A stretch of DNA of 64,000 nucleotides from the human T2T-CHM13v2.0 reference genome, Homo sapiens: assembly GCF_009914755.1 (NCBI RefSeq), contig NC_060934.1, one strand, 5' to 3'. This document shows positions 38,408-55,954 of the stretch, in pieces. Within the stretch, counting starts at the first letter, position 1. The number at the start of each line of letters is the position of its first letter. The notes under the pieces are model-generated. The model searched no databases. It was not told the DNA's origin and worked only from the letters and a program-made list of their open reading frames with translations. Both the position numbers and the translations under genes were made by a program.

Positions 38408-40319
38408 CTGTTCAGGCAGAGAAGAAAAAAAAGTCATTAGTGCTACAGAAGAGAATTTTCTTAGGTTTTCTCTGTACAACCAGAACTTCTTAAATGCAAT
38501 GCATGCAAATGTACTCATGATACTGGTCAAGAAGACCACAGCAATAAACGTCTGCATTAAAGAAGCTAATTCTGCTTTCCTATAGCTTCTGAAAATTAAC
38601 AACGAAAACTCTTGCCACCCTACACCTCACCTTCTGGGTGCCCCCGAAACAGAAAGCCTGCTAAGCATGTGAGCTGCCGCTTTCTCAGAAAACTTTAGTT
38701 TGGATCCTATGTCTCTGGGCAAGGAGCACAGCCAGTGACAGATTAATAAGCAGGTAATGCAAATGAAGCCATAGGAAAAGACTCACCCCGTCTCTAGGAA
38801 CAAAAGCTACTATGGACAACGTGAACTATTGAGATTTTCATATCATTTTGATTTTTAAAATATGTGACCTAAAACACACAATTTAAGAAGGTAGAACCTT
38901 CCCATTTATTAATGGAAGAATTATTAAATGTAGGCAAGTGCCCTACTTTGCATGTGTGAGATCTTATCTAGAAAAAGTGGGCTGAGTAACAGCACAGTCC
39001 TGCTCTCTTGTATGGCTTTATTCCTGGTTAGCTATTGGTTTCTGACTGTTACCCAACTCAGCTTTTGGGTAACATCTGTGCTATTCTACTTTCTGGCCTT
39101 GGAACATGGGGCACAGTTGTACAGGAAACCCAGTTACTGACACAATTATGCAGTTTAAAGGGGCGAGGCATAAAAGGAACATTCTCCCTTCACTCTCTTC
39201 TCCCTACAACAGAAAAAAGCAGTGGTAAGAGACCAGAGTGGAGAAGCAAACAATTTTAGGATCTCTTTTAAAGGAAGTGAAACATGTGGGTGGCTCTGGG
39301 GCTTGGGATAAAAAGGAGTTACCACCTGCATCTCGATAGTAAGAGCTGCAAGATATCCTCCTCGGAACCCTCCTGCTCATGCTTCCTATCCGGCTGTCCT
39401 TAAAATTTGGACCTTGTCATATTTTCATTAAAATTGTTCAAATATTTAATTTGCTTTTTAAAAAACAAAACAAAAAGACTGTCTGGAAATTGTAGGTCTT
39501 TCAGCATTGTACCCAAATTCCGAAGGCCAAATATGTCAAAATGAACACAGGAAAATCAAACAGACTTCTATGACAACTCACAGCAGCCCAGCATTCCTGT
39601 TAGTAGCAAGGAGCTGACCAACAAGCAATGCTGGTAAGTAAATCATACAGATTGCAAGAGATGAACACCTTTTGGCATAGCTCTCTCTGCTGCCTCCTAA
39701 GGTTAGTCCTAAAGACTGAAGAAGACAGTGCTGGGAAAAGCACTGAAGGTCCCATCCCAAACACTAGGAATAAGGGAAACAAAAAGAGGAGCATCATTAT
39801 CGTGGTTAAGGTGAAGGAAACAAGCAGTAATGAGCCATAAATCACCAGCAATAAAACAGAAACGCATTGATAAGAAATCTCGGAATAAGATTGCCCAGTG
39901 AGAGCTCCAACAACTTCAAAGGGCCTGTGAGATGCACAGCTGACTGGAAGTCAGCTCTTCGTCTCTACTTGCCCGCCAGCTAAGCCCAGAGCTCCAGCCT
40001 CCCTGAGGCTCTTCCCTCCTTTGTAAAAAGCAGGAATGAGTATGTTTTCTCCAAAACCTCTTCTAGCTTTAGGATTCTGCTTCCAGTGAGATCATCCTAT
40101 TCCTAGTCTCCTTTGTTATGGAAAAGCCTGTTGGCCTTCCTCCCTCTAGTTCACCAACACAAGAGGCGGGAGGGTCAGAGGGTGACTTCGGCACTGTCTT
40201 GAATGTCAATAGACACAACACTACTGGAATATTTTTATATTTCTAAAATTAACCCCACATCCCCTTTCATGAATGAGACGGTGGAACATAGGATTCTCTA
40301 GCTGCTATTTTATCTCTTA

Positions 40320-40655
40320 GACTCGGCCCTTCATATCCGTGGGTTCTGCATTCATGGATTCAACCAACCACCCATTGAAAATATTTAGGAAAAAAATTGC
40401 ATCTATACTGAACAGGTCCACACTTTTTCTTGCCATTATTCCCTAAACAATAGAGTACGACTGTTGACACAGCATTTGCATTGTATTAGGTGCTGTGATT
40501 ACTCTAGAGATGAAGTGCGTGGGAGGATGTGCATAGGTTAGAGGCAAATACATACTGAGTATCTGCATTTTCATATCAGGGACTTCAGCATCTGTGGATT
40601 TTGGTATCTGCAGGGGGTCCTGGAACCAACCCCGACAGACACCAAGTGACAGCTG
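40320..40655. mobile_element. MER2 (TcMar-Tigger)
   Basis: tcggcccttcatatccgtgggttctgcattcatggattcaaccaacc start; ends ...gacagctg followed by TA. Confidence 0.75.
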
Positions 40656-40657
40656 TA

Positions 40658-41630
<973 letters not shown>

Positions 41631-41929
41631 TACACGCAGGCTTTTATATCAGGTCAGAGATAACACATCCTATAAATTATACATCGTGGCATACAGGAAA
41701 GTACAAAGACTCATTCTTCAAAGGGTGACATTCTGGTATAAAATATTAGTGCTTTACATAAGTCCTCTTCAGAGGCCAGGAAAAAAACCCTATGTATGGA
41801 AGAATGGACATGACCATGCTATAAATATGGTAGTTTGGTGGATTTTAGAGCCTACTCCCAATCTACTGAAATAGATATTCTGAAGTGAGATTTCGTCGTA
41901 TTTTCAGAAAAGTCCCCATATGATTCTGA

Positions 41930-42323
<394 letters not shown>

Positions 42324-43292
42324 TAGACTCATTAGAGTTGAGGGCTATGTTTTGTGTTATAAACTTAATTTGACAGGCAAAAGAGAACCAAACTGTATCA
42401 CTATACATTGGGTTCCAACCTCTCTATAGTTTCACAAATATAAATACATTTGAACATATGGTGCTCCCTAAGACTTGGGCCTTGCCACATTTCTGTATCG
42501 GGTTTGGGCCCTACTTATTTTGTACATTTAGTTTTCCATATCAAACTCACTTGGCATCTTAAGTGAAGAGTTACAGTCTTTCATGGTTGGTGGATCATAC
42601 TGTGCTTAGCTTTCTTACTGCTGGGTTTTAATTCAGCAGTGCTATCTATCTCTTAACATGTTTCCTACAGCTCTCCCACATTAGGCCTTATTAAGGGCTT
42701 TGCTAGTTTAGTAGATATAATCACAGTTGTTCAGATGACTGGCAAGCCCATGTATTTGCATCTTGACGATCTATTTCATCACAAAGAAATCATGTACTCT
42801 TATTGGATCACTTTGCAAATGGAGTTTTCATACTGATGAATTTTTATCACGTGATCTGGTTACTAAATTTCATCCTCATTCTGTTGTACTCCATTTAAAT
42901 TTCACTAAGTAAAAAATTAATTTTCATAGTATTTTCTTCTTATAGTTTATAATATCAAAAGATTGCTATGCAAAAATCTGGAAAGTAAAAGAAAAAAGGT
43001 TAACCACACAGCTTTTTTCCCATTTTGCTATAATTTTCCTTCCGGCTTTTTCTTACACGTTATTTGGCAGAGTTTGAAAAGCATATACATACTTTTCTAC
43101 TTTGTTATCAACTTAGGAGCTTTTCCCATATTGCTAGGTTGTCTTCAGAATCTGCTTTTTAGACGGCTGCAGAGATTTTACCAAGGGAATACACTATAAC
43201 AATTCATTTCCTATTTTTAAGATATTTAGGTTGCTTTCAGTTTTTCTTTTAAAATTTTGGTGAACATTTTCTATACATAAATTTAATTCTGA

Positions 43293-43539
<247 letters not shown>

Positions 43540-44162
43540 TGAACTCCTGACCTCAACCGATGCCCCCCGCCCCGGCCCCCACCCTTGGCCTCCCAAAGTG
43601 CTGGAATTACAGGCGTGAGCCAACACACCTGGCCCTTAACACTTTGTTAAAACTGGGATTACTCGGTCAAAGGGTACAGTATCTTTAGGGCTACTGACAC
43701 ATATTATGAAATAGGGTGTACAAAATGTTTTTTTCCCAATTTGCATTTCCATGAGGCAGGCACGTACCTCAAAATTAGCAATGTTGTTGTTTTCTCTTTA
43801 TTTCTTCTAATTTAGAAATTAAAAACAGATTTTACTAGAAGGAAGCAACATGTACTGTTAATTATTCTGTCACCTTATCAGCTTAAATTAGGTTTGGCCC
43901 AAAAGTTTTAGGTCTACACTTGTCTACTTAGGGAGAATGGTATTAAAATAGTTTTCTGATTAGTTATTGTAACACATTTACAACCCAATTTTATTCAGCA
44001 ACTATAAATGATGCAAACATCCTAACACTGGAAAAACAGCTAAATCAGATTATTTAAAACAGAGTTTACAAAAAAGAAAACATCAAAGTTTATGCAAAAC
44101 ACTCAACAGATAACCTGAGAACCCAAATAACGAACATTTTGTAAGAAAAAAAAAAAGTTTAC

Positions 44163-44230
44163 CTAGTTTTACCAGTAGGATCCATGTACGTTGTTTTTTC
44201 AAGCTTGACCCATTTTCCTTCTGAAATTAA
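44163..44230 (-). CDS. NUDT5: NUDT5 exon (LISEGKWVKLEKTTYMDPTGKTR)
   Basis: ttttag|TTA...ACT AG|gtaaac; 68 nt. Confidence 0.97.
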
Positions 44231-45502
44231 CTAAAAGGATATCAGATAATAAGTTGGGAAACTTTCAAACCAAGTTGTTTTTATCTAAAAGGGTTTTTCT
44301 TTCACATTTCCTCTGTCTTTCCCCAGACTCCCAATAATCATGTTTCCTTCCCAATAATCTGTGGGCACGTTTTTCAGTTCAGAGTAGGTAGGTATTCAGG
44401 GTTGTTTTTTTAAAGGGCACTTCTGCTTCTTTTTGAAATTTCTTGGTGGTAGTAGTTAACAGGTGAAAAGAAATGACAGTCTAAAAACTCCTGGGGGCTG
44501 GGGGAAGGGGTGGGGCATGGAGGTAACTGGAAGGGAGCACATGGGGTGAGGGTGTCCTGGGACGCTCCTGATGGTCTGTCCCCTGACCTGGCTGCATACA
44601 ACACAGGTGAGTTTCATATGTAGAAATGGCCATTTCTAGACACTGGTATTTTTCCTGTCAGTGATGACACAGGAAGGCGGACTGTGGGGAAACAGGGTCC
44701 ATCCAGGATTGGATCTCCTATCATGACACGTGGGTTTCCCACCCAACCACAGATGGACACCCCAGGTTCGTTCTGCCTAGACACTGGGGAGTTCTGGTGT
44801 TGGAGACTAACTTACCTACGGCACTATACTGAACTGAGAGGAAAGCGTCACTGCATATAAAGCAGTAGCCTTTCTCCTACTATCCTATCTTTCACTTCTT
44901 GCCAGCAGCAACCTAATCATTTTCAGCAGATCTGTTCACAGACAACATGGAAAGATTTTAAACCAAAAGGAATTCCAGAAAGGTGTCAAGATCAGAGTTC
45001 CAAGATGAAGGATTTAAAATTTATCCACTGCAATGGTTCCTGCAGGAAGAGACTTTTAAAGCTAAATTGAATAACACAGAGACATACATTGGTTCTAGAA
45101 TTCACTGGAATTTAGACTACAATTAACAACGTAGGTTTTTATTGTTCTTAAACACTCATGTTAGGCCATCAACAGCCAAGTTGTGACAACTACATATGAA
45201 ATATCTGAGTCCGCAAATGCATATATTCTTTCTTCTTCTATCTAGGGAAATACAGGAAGGATTAAGAATTTTTCTGTTAAGAGCCCAAATCTCCTAGAGT
45301 CTCAATTTCACTAATACACAGAGAGACACACTACTCCTCCCACACAAGAGCAAAATGTGCCCGAGCCCAAAAAAGGGAGTAGGAAAAATCTTTACAACTG
45401 TCTTCAAGAATGAAAGACCACCATTGTAACAACAGTCTATATATTTCTGCTAAACTCAGATTTATGTGGGGGAGGGAAGGGAAAGTGAAAAACAAGTTAT
45501 AC

Positions 45503-45565
45503 CTCCTCTGAAATGATATACTGTTTGCCATTCTGAGAAGATTCCGTTGGTTCTTGGCTCTCCAT
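45503..45565 (-). CDS. NUDT5: NUDT5 (ADP-sugar pyrophosphatase) first coding exon (MESQEPTESSQNGKQYIISEE); exon continues as 5'UTR to 45606
   Basis: ATG at 45565-45563; donor GAG|gtataa; acceptor ttgcag| at 45607. Confidence 0.97.
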
Positions 45566-45857
45566 TTTCAAACGAGTCTTTACAGCCCTCAGGTGAGAAG
45601 TTCACCCTGCAAGATAATGAGATTTGTTCAGGCTAAAATTATTTTTCTGAATTAAACATTCGTCCACAGGACACTAGTCAAAGTACTTAAACGGCAAAAA
45701 ATTCATCTACCATCAACGCTGCCTGTCTCAGTACGTGAGGGAACTGCCGCAGGTGGAAATGTGAACAGGGAGGCCCGGGGATTAGCCAGGAAGGAAGTGA
45801 CAGCAGTCCTAGTCACCCTCAGCCACAACAGCCAAGCTCCTGCCATGCCTGTTCTAG

Positions 45858-46060
<203 letters not shown>

Positions 46061-47745
46061 TAATTTTTATATTTTTAGTAGAGACAGGGTTTCACCACGT
46101 TGGCCATGCTGCTCTCAACCTCCTGACATCAAGTGATCTGCCCTCCTTGGCCTCCCAAAGTGCTGGGATTACAGGCGTGAGCTACCGCGCCCAGCCTGAT
46201 TTTTCTGACTCCGAATCTTAAACTCTTTCCAAGGGAAGACAGAAGAAAGATTTACCACTCTCCATGCCCACCTCTCAGTCTTTTATCCATCTGTTACACC
46301 TAAACTTACTTATTTTTTGAGATGTAAGATCTCACTCTGTTGCACAGGTTGGAGTGCAGTGGCGAAATCATGGCTCACTGTAGCCTCTACCTCCCAAGCT
46401 CACGTGCTCCTCGCATCTCAGCCTCCTGAGTAGCTGGGATTACAGGTGCATGCTACCACAGCCAACTAATGTTTTAAACTTTTGGTAGAGGTGGGGTCTC
46501 ACTATGTTTCACAGGCTGGTCTCAGACTCCCGGGCTCAAGCGATCCTCCTCCCGCCTCGGTGTCCCAAAGTGCTGGGATTACAGGCATGAGCCACTGGAC
46601 CCACCTCCCCACTTACTTTTAAGTTTCAGCATGTATCAAAGTCATAGTTGCAGAGAAAGGATCGAGTAGTACTACAAGTTCTGTTATGAAAAGAGCAGGC
46701 CCTTATCCCATTTATTGTATATTATTATTTCCTCTTTCTTTATTCCTTCATTTTCGGACCTTGCCTGTCCGAAGGTCAAAGTCTTTTTTTCTTACCCACA
46801 CACATGGTTGTTAATTCAGCTGTATATAGAATTATAGACCCAAAGCCAGTTGTCTATGAAACTGTAAGGCATTGCTTAGTTGTCTTACTTCTGGTGCTGC
46901 TGTTGAGAAGTCCAAAGCTATTCTTATTCTTGATCTTTTTGCCATGTGACCTGTCTTCCTCCTCTGGAAGCTTGTAGTTAGTCACTTTCATGTCGATGTT
47001 ATTGTACTGGGAAGTCAAGTGGGTCCTTTCAATCTGGAAACTTCTTACTATGCTTCTTTACAGGGAATTTTTTTCTTGAACGACTTCACTGATGATTTCC
47101 TCCCCTGTGTTTTCTCTGTTGTTTCTTTTAAGAACTGTTACTTGGACCAGGCACAGTGGCTCACACCTGGAATCCTAGCCCTTTGGGGGACCAAGAGTCT
47201 GAGACCAGCCTGGGTAACATGGCAAAACCCTGTCTCCACAAAAATAAAAAATAAAAAAATTAGCCGGGTGTGGTGGTGGGCACCTGTAGTCCCAGCTACT
47301 CAGGAAGCTGAGGCAGGAGGGTCACTTGGACCCAGGAGTTGGGGGTTGCAGAGAGCCGAGATCACACCACTGCACTCTTACGTTCCACGGTTCTCTAACC
47401 TACCCCACCTAACTTCGGCTTCAAAGAAAATACAGCCCACCCAGCATCAACTCTCTTCCCAACTGTCCTAAAGGAAAAAGTGAGTCTGCTCTTTGTTTCT
47501 TCTGGGACCCAAAGTGATCATACTACCCATCTGATCTTCAATTTGTCCCCAAGACAGCAAGCTTCCCTATTCTAAAATACAATCAATAACAAAACCAACT
47601 GTATGAATATTCATAAAGTGCGTTTACAAATCAAATATCTGATTGACTATCATAGGTAACCCTTGTGGCCAACCTGTGAAAGGTGAGATGATGTTTTAGG
47701 AAAGTGGCGGTGAGGCCGGGTGCGGTGGCTCACGCCTCACGCCTA

Positions 47746-48048
<303 letters not shown>

Positions 48049-48302
48049 TCACTCCCCCGGACCTCATTTTCCAGTGAGGAGAAAGGAAAAACAGTGAGGA
48101 AGAACACAAAATTTATGTCAAGTGACTCAGCGTTTCATGAAGAAAGATTAAAAAGGATGAGAAGTGTGGGGAAGATGGGAAGAGTAATCTACACGGAGTG
48201 ATCAGGCAAGGCCTGTTTAATTTGGTGACTTCTGAATGGAGACCTGAAAGCAATAAGGAAGTAAACCACGTAGAAGTTTAAATATTTAGAGACAGACATT
48301 AG

Positions 48303-48752
<450 letters not shown>

Positions 48753-49098
48753 TGAATGACAAAAATGAGCTATTTCAAGAGCATATTCTTAACTATGAGA
48801 TTCCCAAACATTTCAGAAGGACTGTAAAAGTACCTCAGAAATTTTTAGAAACAGAAAAGGAATGTTGTTTTTAGCACCATTTCAAAAGCAGAAGCCAAAT
48901 AGTGCCATTCGGGGGCCAGTCACTGCCAGCAACACGCTGCAGAAAGAACGAGAAATGAGCTTTAAATTCCGTGCTTTGTAAGCCAGCGTCTCCGCCACTG
49001 CAACGGAGTTTGCCTTCACTGACTCAACGCTATTTCAAGATTTAAAAGCAAACTTTGATATAAATTTTATCCACTTCATTAGTTAGAATTTAAGGTAA

Positions 49099-49343
<245 letters not shown>

Positions 49344-49751
49344 TAGGAGAGACGGGGTTTCACCGTGTTAGGATGGTCTCGATCTCCTGACCTCGTGATC
49401 CACCCGCCTCGGCCTGCCAAAGTGCTGGAATTACAGGCGTGAGTCACCGCGCCGGCGAGTGTTCTACAATTTCATTTATGATTTTCCTTAGTCTTTAAAG
49501 TCACAAGCTGTTTTAATTCTCATAAATCGTTTTAACTCAGTTCAGTTTGAACACTGAAGGTCTAGGATGTGTTGGATGTGTAATTCTCCAGAGCATAAAA
49601 AAAACACTAGTGAGGGGAAATGCTGTAAGATTTTTAGACGTCTTGCACAGTGGCAGGCTAACTAGCAGTCTCTAACTAGCTTCGAGAGCACCAGCAGTGG
49701 AAACGTCTGTGTATATACTCAGTGCACACTGACCACTATGCTTGCCCTTGA

Positions 49752-50114
<363 letters not shown>

Positions 50115-50545
50115 TGATCCACCCACCTCGGCCTCCCACAGCACTGGGATTACAGGGGTGAGCCATCACACCCAGCCAAGATTTTTAAAAGATAGTTTGA
50201 TGTGAAGACATGGTTTAGAGACCAAGAGTGCAGAGAAAGCATTCCAACTAGAAGACACCACATGAACAAAGGCAGAGACACCGGGGCAAGGGTGAGAAAT
50301 TCTGAGTGTATGGCGAGCTCTGTGGTTCTCAAGCTCCTCCTCCACTTTCTCCTTTAAAAAACAAAGGAAAGGCCGGGCACAGTGGCTCATGCCTATAATC
50401 CCAGCACTTGGGGAGGCCGAGGCGGGTGGATCACGAGGTCAGGAGATCGAGACCATCCTGGCTAACATGGTGAAACCCCATCTCTACTAAAAATACAAAA
50501 AAATTAGCCAGGCTTGGTGGTGGGCGCTGTAGTCCGGGCTACTCA

Positions 50546-50824
<279 letters not shown>

Positions 50825-51442
50825 CTAACTGGCATGGCACAAATTACTGTTGTGATATGAGGTAGTTTTGGGGGCCAGTGCCATGCACTGCATGTGCCTA
50901 TAGTCCCGGCTACTTGTGGAGGCTGAGGTGGGAGGATCGCTTGAGCTGAGGAATTCATGATGACCCTAGGAAACATAGTGAGATCCTATGTAAAAAATGA
51001 AAAAACAAACACCAAAATAAACTAATTTTGGGGTTAGGCAGCAAGTACAGCCCTCTACAGAAAGGGAGGAAGTGATTAATTTTTCACCAACTTCAGTATG
51101 CCAGTATTAGTAACAACAGCTGCATAAAGAGTTAAGTGGGAGTTTAGATTCCAGAAGTTAAACTATGAACTCAAAAGCCTGGTTCTGCAGTTGGCACTGA
51201 GGCTCATTACTCAATCACCGTACCCGAATCCCGGCCATCTGCTGAGGCTGCAAAGTGAAGCAAAAAATCCTAACAAGAAATTGTATGTTGGCTAGGTCTC
51301 TCCTGATAAAAGATGAATATTGTTAATATCAACAATACTCAACCAAATACAAGATGCAGGAGCCCACATCATAAGTAGAGCCTCTGACTGACAAAAGAGG
51401 GTCAGGCACTTGGAACAGTTTAATAATTGAATAGGGAAATCA

Positions 51443-51622
<180 letters not shown>

Positions 51623-53061
51623 TCAATTTTTTTTGCAGTAATAACTTACTTTATGATTGTCTTGTTAAAGTCAGGCATCAAATTGGGCATGTCTAAAGTG
51701 GCAATCTACATTCTGGCAGAATAATTACAAAGAAAAGTCACTTGATTTAGAAGGAACAAAGAATCAAATAATTTGCAGTTATATTTAATAATTTTGGTCA
51801 TAGTTAAAAATTTTTAAATTCTATTTTTAAAAGATAATATTCTGGCCGGGCTCGGTGGCTCATGCCTGTAATCCCAGCGCTTTCGGAGGCCAAGGCAGGT
51901 GGATCACTTGAGGTCAGGAGTTCGAGCCTAACCAACATAGTGAAACCCCCATCTCTGCTAAAAATACAAAAAATTAGCTGGGTGAGGTGGCACACGCCAG
52001 TAGTCCCAGCTACTTGGGAGACTGAGGCACGAGAAAAGCCTGAACCTAGGAGGCAGCAGTTGCAGTGAGCCAAGATTGCACCACTGCATTCCAGCCTGGG
52101 CGACAGAGCGAGACTCTGTCTCAAAAGAAAAAAAAAGGATAATATTCTGATGTATCCTTCTTTTGTGCCATTTATGGTAAAAAATTTGGGTACCCACAAT
52201 TGAATTCACTTATGGGTTTTTTTTTCATTCTCTTCAGGTGTGGCAGTTGGGTGAGCAGGGAGGAATTAACGTTTACTGAAATTAGCTACTTGGTGATCTC
52301 CAGGAATCATTTAGCAGGTGGTTTAAAATCCTCACATTTAATGCTGGTTGAGCAAGAGTGAACTGACTGTAATGACCCTTGGGAAGGTGAATTGGTTACA
52401 GACGTATAGTAACGACACTGTAAAGATAGTCCAGGCAGGAGATGACAGGTCTGGAGTAGAGTGGTAGCCGTGGCAAAGTGACATTTAATTTCCACGAAGA
52501 CAGTTTTAAGGGAGACTGGGACATCGGAAGAAAAAAGGGGTGATGCAGAGCTCAAATCTGTACACGCTTGTTTGAGGTGATAGCAGACATCCAGATGAAG
52601 AAAACCAGCAGACAGGTGAAAATCTTAATCTAGGATGATTAGTCATGCTATGGATTCAGAGAAAGAAATGTGTTTTTTCATTACTTCATTAGGAATTGCA
52701 CAATAAATCTCCTCCCCCATAATCACATGACTACTGACTTTTCAGCATGCAGGAGAAAAAGCAAGTATTTCCACTGTTGAAAGGTTTTATTGGAGAAACT
52801 TGATGAATACAATGACTTCATGGCTTAGTGAAGACAACCACGGTGGTTAAAATACAGTGAACCCTCATTTAGCTGTATCCATTCAAAGTATTTGAGCATC
52901 TCCTATGTATAATGTCAATTTATTTGATGCTGGTTAAATGTGTAACAAGTTACTTAAAACCAACTGTAATACCAAAAAGTCACTGAACACACTTCTAAAG
53001 TATACTGCCTGAATAAAAGGTATCTATAAAAATTCCTTCCCTGTAGTATCTATATATTTAA

Positions 53062-53382
<321 letters not shown>

Positions 53383-54074
53383 TGATGCGCCCGCCTCGGC
53401 CTCCCAGAGTGCTGGGATCACAGGCATGAGGCACCGCGCCCGGCCTATGCTCAAATGTTTCTTGGGCTGTTAAAGTACTGCTCCTCGCAGAAGGGCTATG
53501 TTCCCGGGATCTATTCTCTTCCGTACATTCATTCCTATCTTCATTAGAAAACATCTGACCTAAATAAATCCCCCATCGATGCTAACATCTCCTTCCGCGC
53601 AATTTTTTACTTTCTAAGTCAAATCAAAACAATTATTTGAGCGACTGCTCCTGTCTGCCATTAAGTCTTTCTGGCACCACCCTCCAGACATATATACAAT
53701 ATTGCTTCTTTCCCTCAAATCAGAAAGGACTGCATAGTTCCGGATCAAGGCATAAATGATGAATCATGACTGTCCATCCCCACCAACATACTCTGCAACA
53801 TTATAATCTATTTACCTCTGCTTTGAAAATGTATTCTTTAAAGCACTGCTTCCAACTAGCCACTTAGCCAGTAACATTTTTGAGAAAAACAAAACACAAC
53901 CCAAAACAATGTATATATTCCTGGGGGGAAGAGTTTCTAACTCAAAATACGCAGATAATTGTTTATTATTCTAAGGAACACCCTTCTGAAGAGGCCTGCA
54001 GTCGGTGGGGCTGTTTCTAATTTAAAACTACTTAGGTGAACCAGGAAGAATGTACATTTAAGGAGATACTTTTA

Positions 54075-54452
<378 letters not shown>

Positions 54453-55039
54453 TTACTTCTCATTCTTTTAACGAAACAAACAAAACTGAACTTTGCTGGG
54501 TGACAGGAGTGAAGCAAAGGAAAAAACGATAGTACAAGTTCGATTCGAATTCTTCCAGTCTTATGATTCGATCATCGCAGGAATACTGATAAAAATCTGC
54601 GTTTTTTCCAGGTTGACAACTTTTGCGAGGCCAGACTAAACGAATTCAGCGCTCCAAGGAGACTCCTCTTTCCTCTGCTTTCTCACATTTACCTCTCGCC
54701 TTTTACCTCCCAAAGTCGAACCCTCCAGGATCGTACAGGCGGTATTCCCTCTACCAAGCATTCTACTCCTCTGCAGATGCTGCAATCTTTACACTGGAAC
54801 TAACACTTAGCTGTGGTGTTCCCCGCTTTCTTTACTCGGAGTAGCCCAGGCTCTTCCTCTCCAATCCACAATTTCCCTCCAATCCCCAGTTTCCCTCTTG
54901 GGCGCCTGGACGCGTGCCCAGCCGCAGCCTGGGAGACACCGCGCGGCTGCACGCACCATGCAGATGTGGTCCCTTTCCCCTTCTTCTTCTCCTCCCCAAA
55001 GAGGTTTTGTGCTGTGACTGGCTTGCCCCGGTTACTTAC

Positions 55040-55160
55040 TCCAAGGTGTAGGGGTGAAGAACGGAAGAGGACGAAATAACTAGCTGGAGGCAGCAGTGTC
55101 AGCCGATGCCGGTGCCACGGCTCGAAACACCGGCGCCTCTCGCGGTGCTAAAAGGATGGG
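55040..55160 (-). other. NUDT5: Probable NUDT5 non-coding exon 1 (boundaries uncertain)
   Basis: The first coding exon has an acceptor, so an upstream exon is required; candidate donor GGA|gtaagt at 55039 inside the CpG island, with alternatives near 54690-54755. Confidence 0.35.
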
Positions 55161-55515
55161 CGCGCACCCTCCTTCCGGCATCCGTAGAACCCCCGCCTTT
55201 GACCTAGCTTCAGGAGATTACTTTCCGGGTCAGCGTGCGTTTAGGGCGAAGACGGAGTTGTAAACTTCTTAAAATTCCTCTCTCGACACTTCGGTAATTC
55301 CTCTTTCGAGACTAAAGCTCTTTTTGTATGCGTGTGTGTCAAGCGTATGCCCCGGGATTCTCCTCCGCTTCCTTTTCTCGGTCTTCCTTCTTGCTTTAGG
55401 GACCGGAAGAGTCCTTGAACCAAAATAGCTCGGCGGGCACTTCCGGGGCCGGCGCCCAGAGTTCCGGGAGGGTGCAGGCAGGAGAGGGAAAGGCAGCAGC
55501 GGCGGCAGCTGGAGG

Positions 55516-55589
55516 ATGAAGAAGGAGCATGTGCTTCACTGCCAGTTCTCCGCGTGGTACCCGTTCTTCCGAGGCGTTACCATCAAGAG
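55516..55589 (+). CDS. CDC123: CDC123 exon 1, coding part (MKKEHVLHCQFSAWYPFFRGVTIKS)
   Basis: aggATGa start in the CpG island; AAG AG|gtgaga donor; matches the N-terminus of CDC123 (D123 family, eIF2 assembly factor). Confidence 0.96.
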
Positions 55590-55954
55590 GTGAGATGGGA
55601 GGGGGTTCGCCCGGTCGACCGGCAAAAGGGAACTGCGACTTCTGAGCGAATCTTACTGCTATCCAAAAAAATGCAGGCCTTCTAGCGACTGCATGGGAGG
55701 GAGTGTGTCGAGAGGGAAGTACATCAGCAATTGTCTGCGTCCTGTTGCGAGCCAGCGAGTGTGCTGGCTAGGAGGGTCAGTTGTGGTTTTCAGTGAGGGT
55801 CGGAGGCGGGAGGAATAGTGGATTAACCTAGTTTAGGCTTGGGAGTTCACCACCACTACTTTTAGAATGGCCCCAGGCGCAAGGTGATCACTGCCTAAGT
55901 GCACTCGGAGAATTAATTGCTTTTCGCCATCACCCCAGAGGATGGAGATTGGGA

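Larger units (their letters stand above)
54890..55820. promoter_or_regulatory. CpG island / bidirectional promoter for NUDT5 (-) and CDC123 (+)
   Basis: Sharp rise in CpG and GC content; ETS/GABP-type CCGGAAG cores at 55172-55178, 55403-55409 and 55438-55446; no obvious TATA box. Confidence 0.88.

Noticed and set aside
50873-51005. 7SL-like sequence
   Set aside because: Lacks the S domain; matches a free left Alu monomer (FLAM)
51315-51340. Imperfect AT-rich palindrome gaatattgttaatatcaacaatactc (a similar one lies near 59740)
   Set aside because: Short, mismatched and AT-rich; expected by chance
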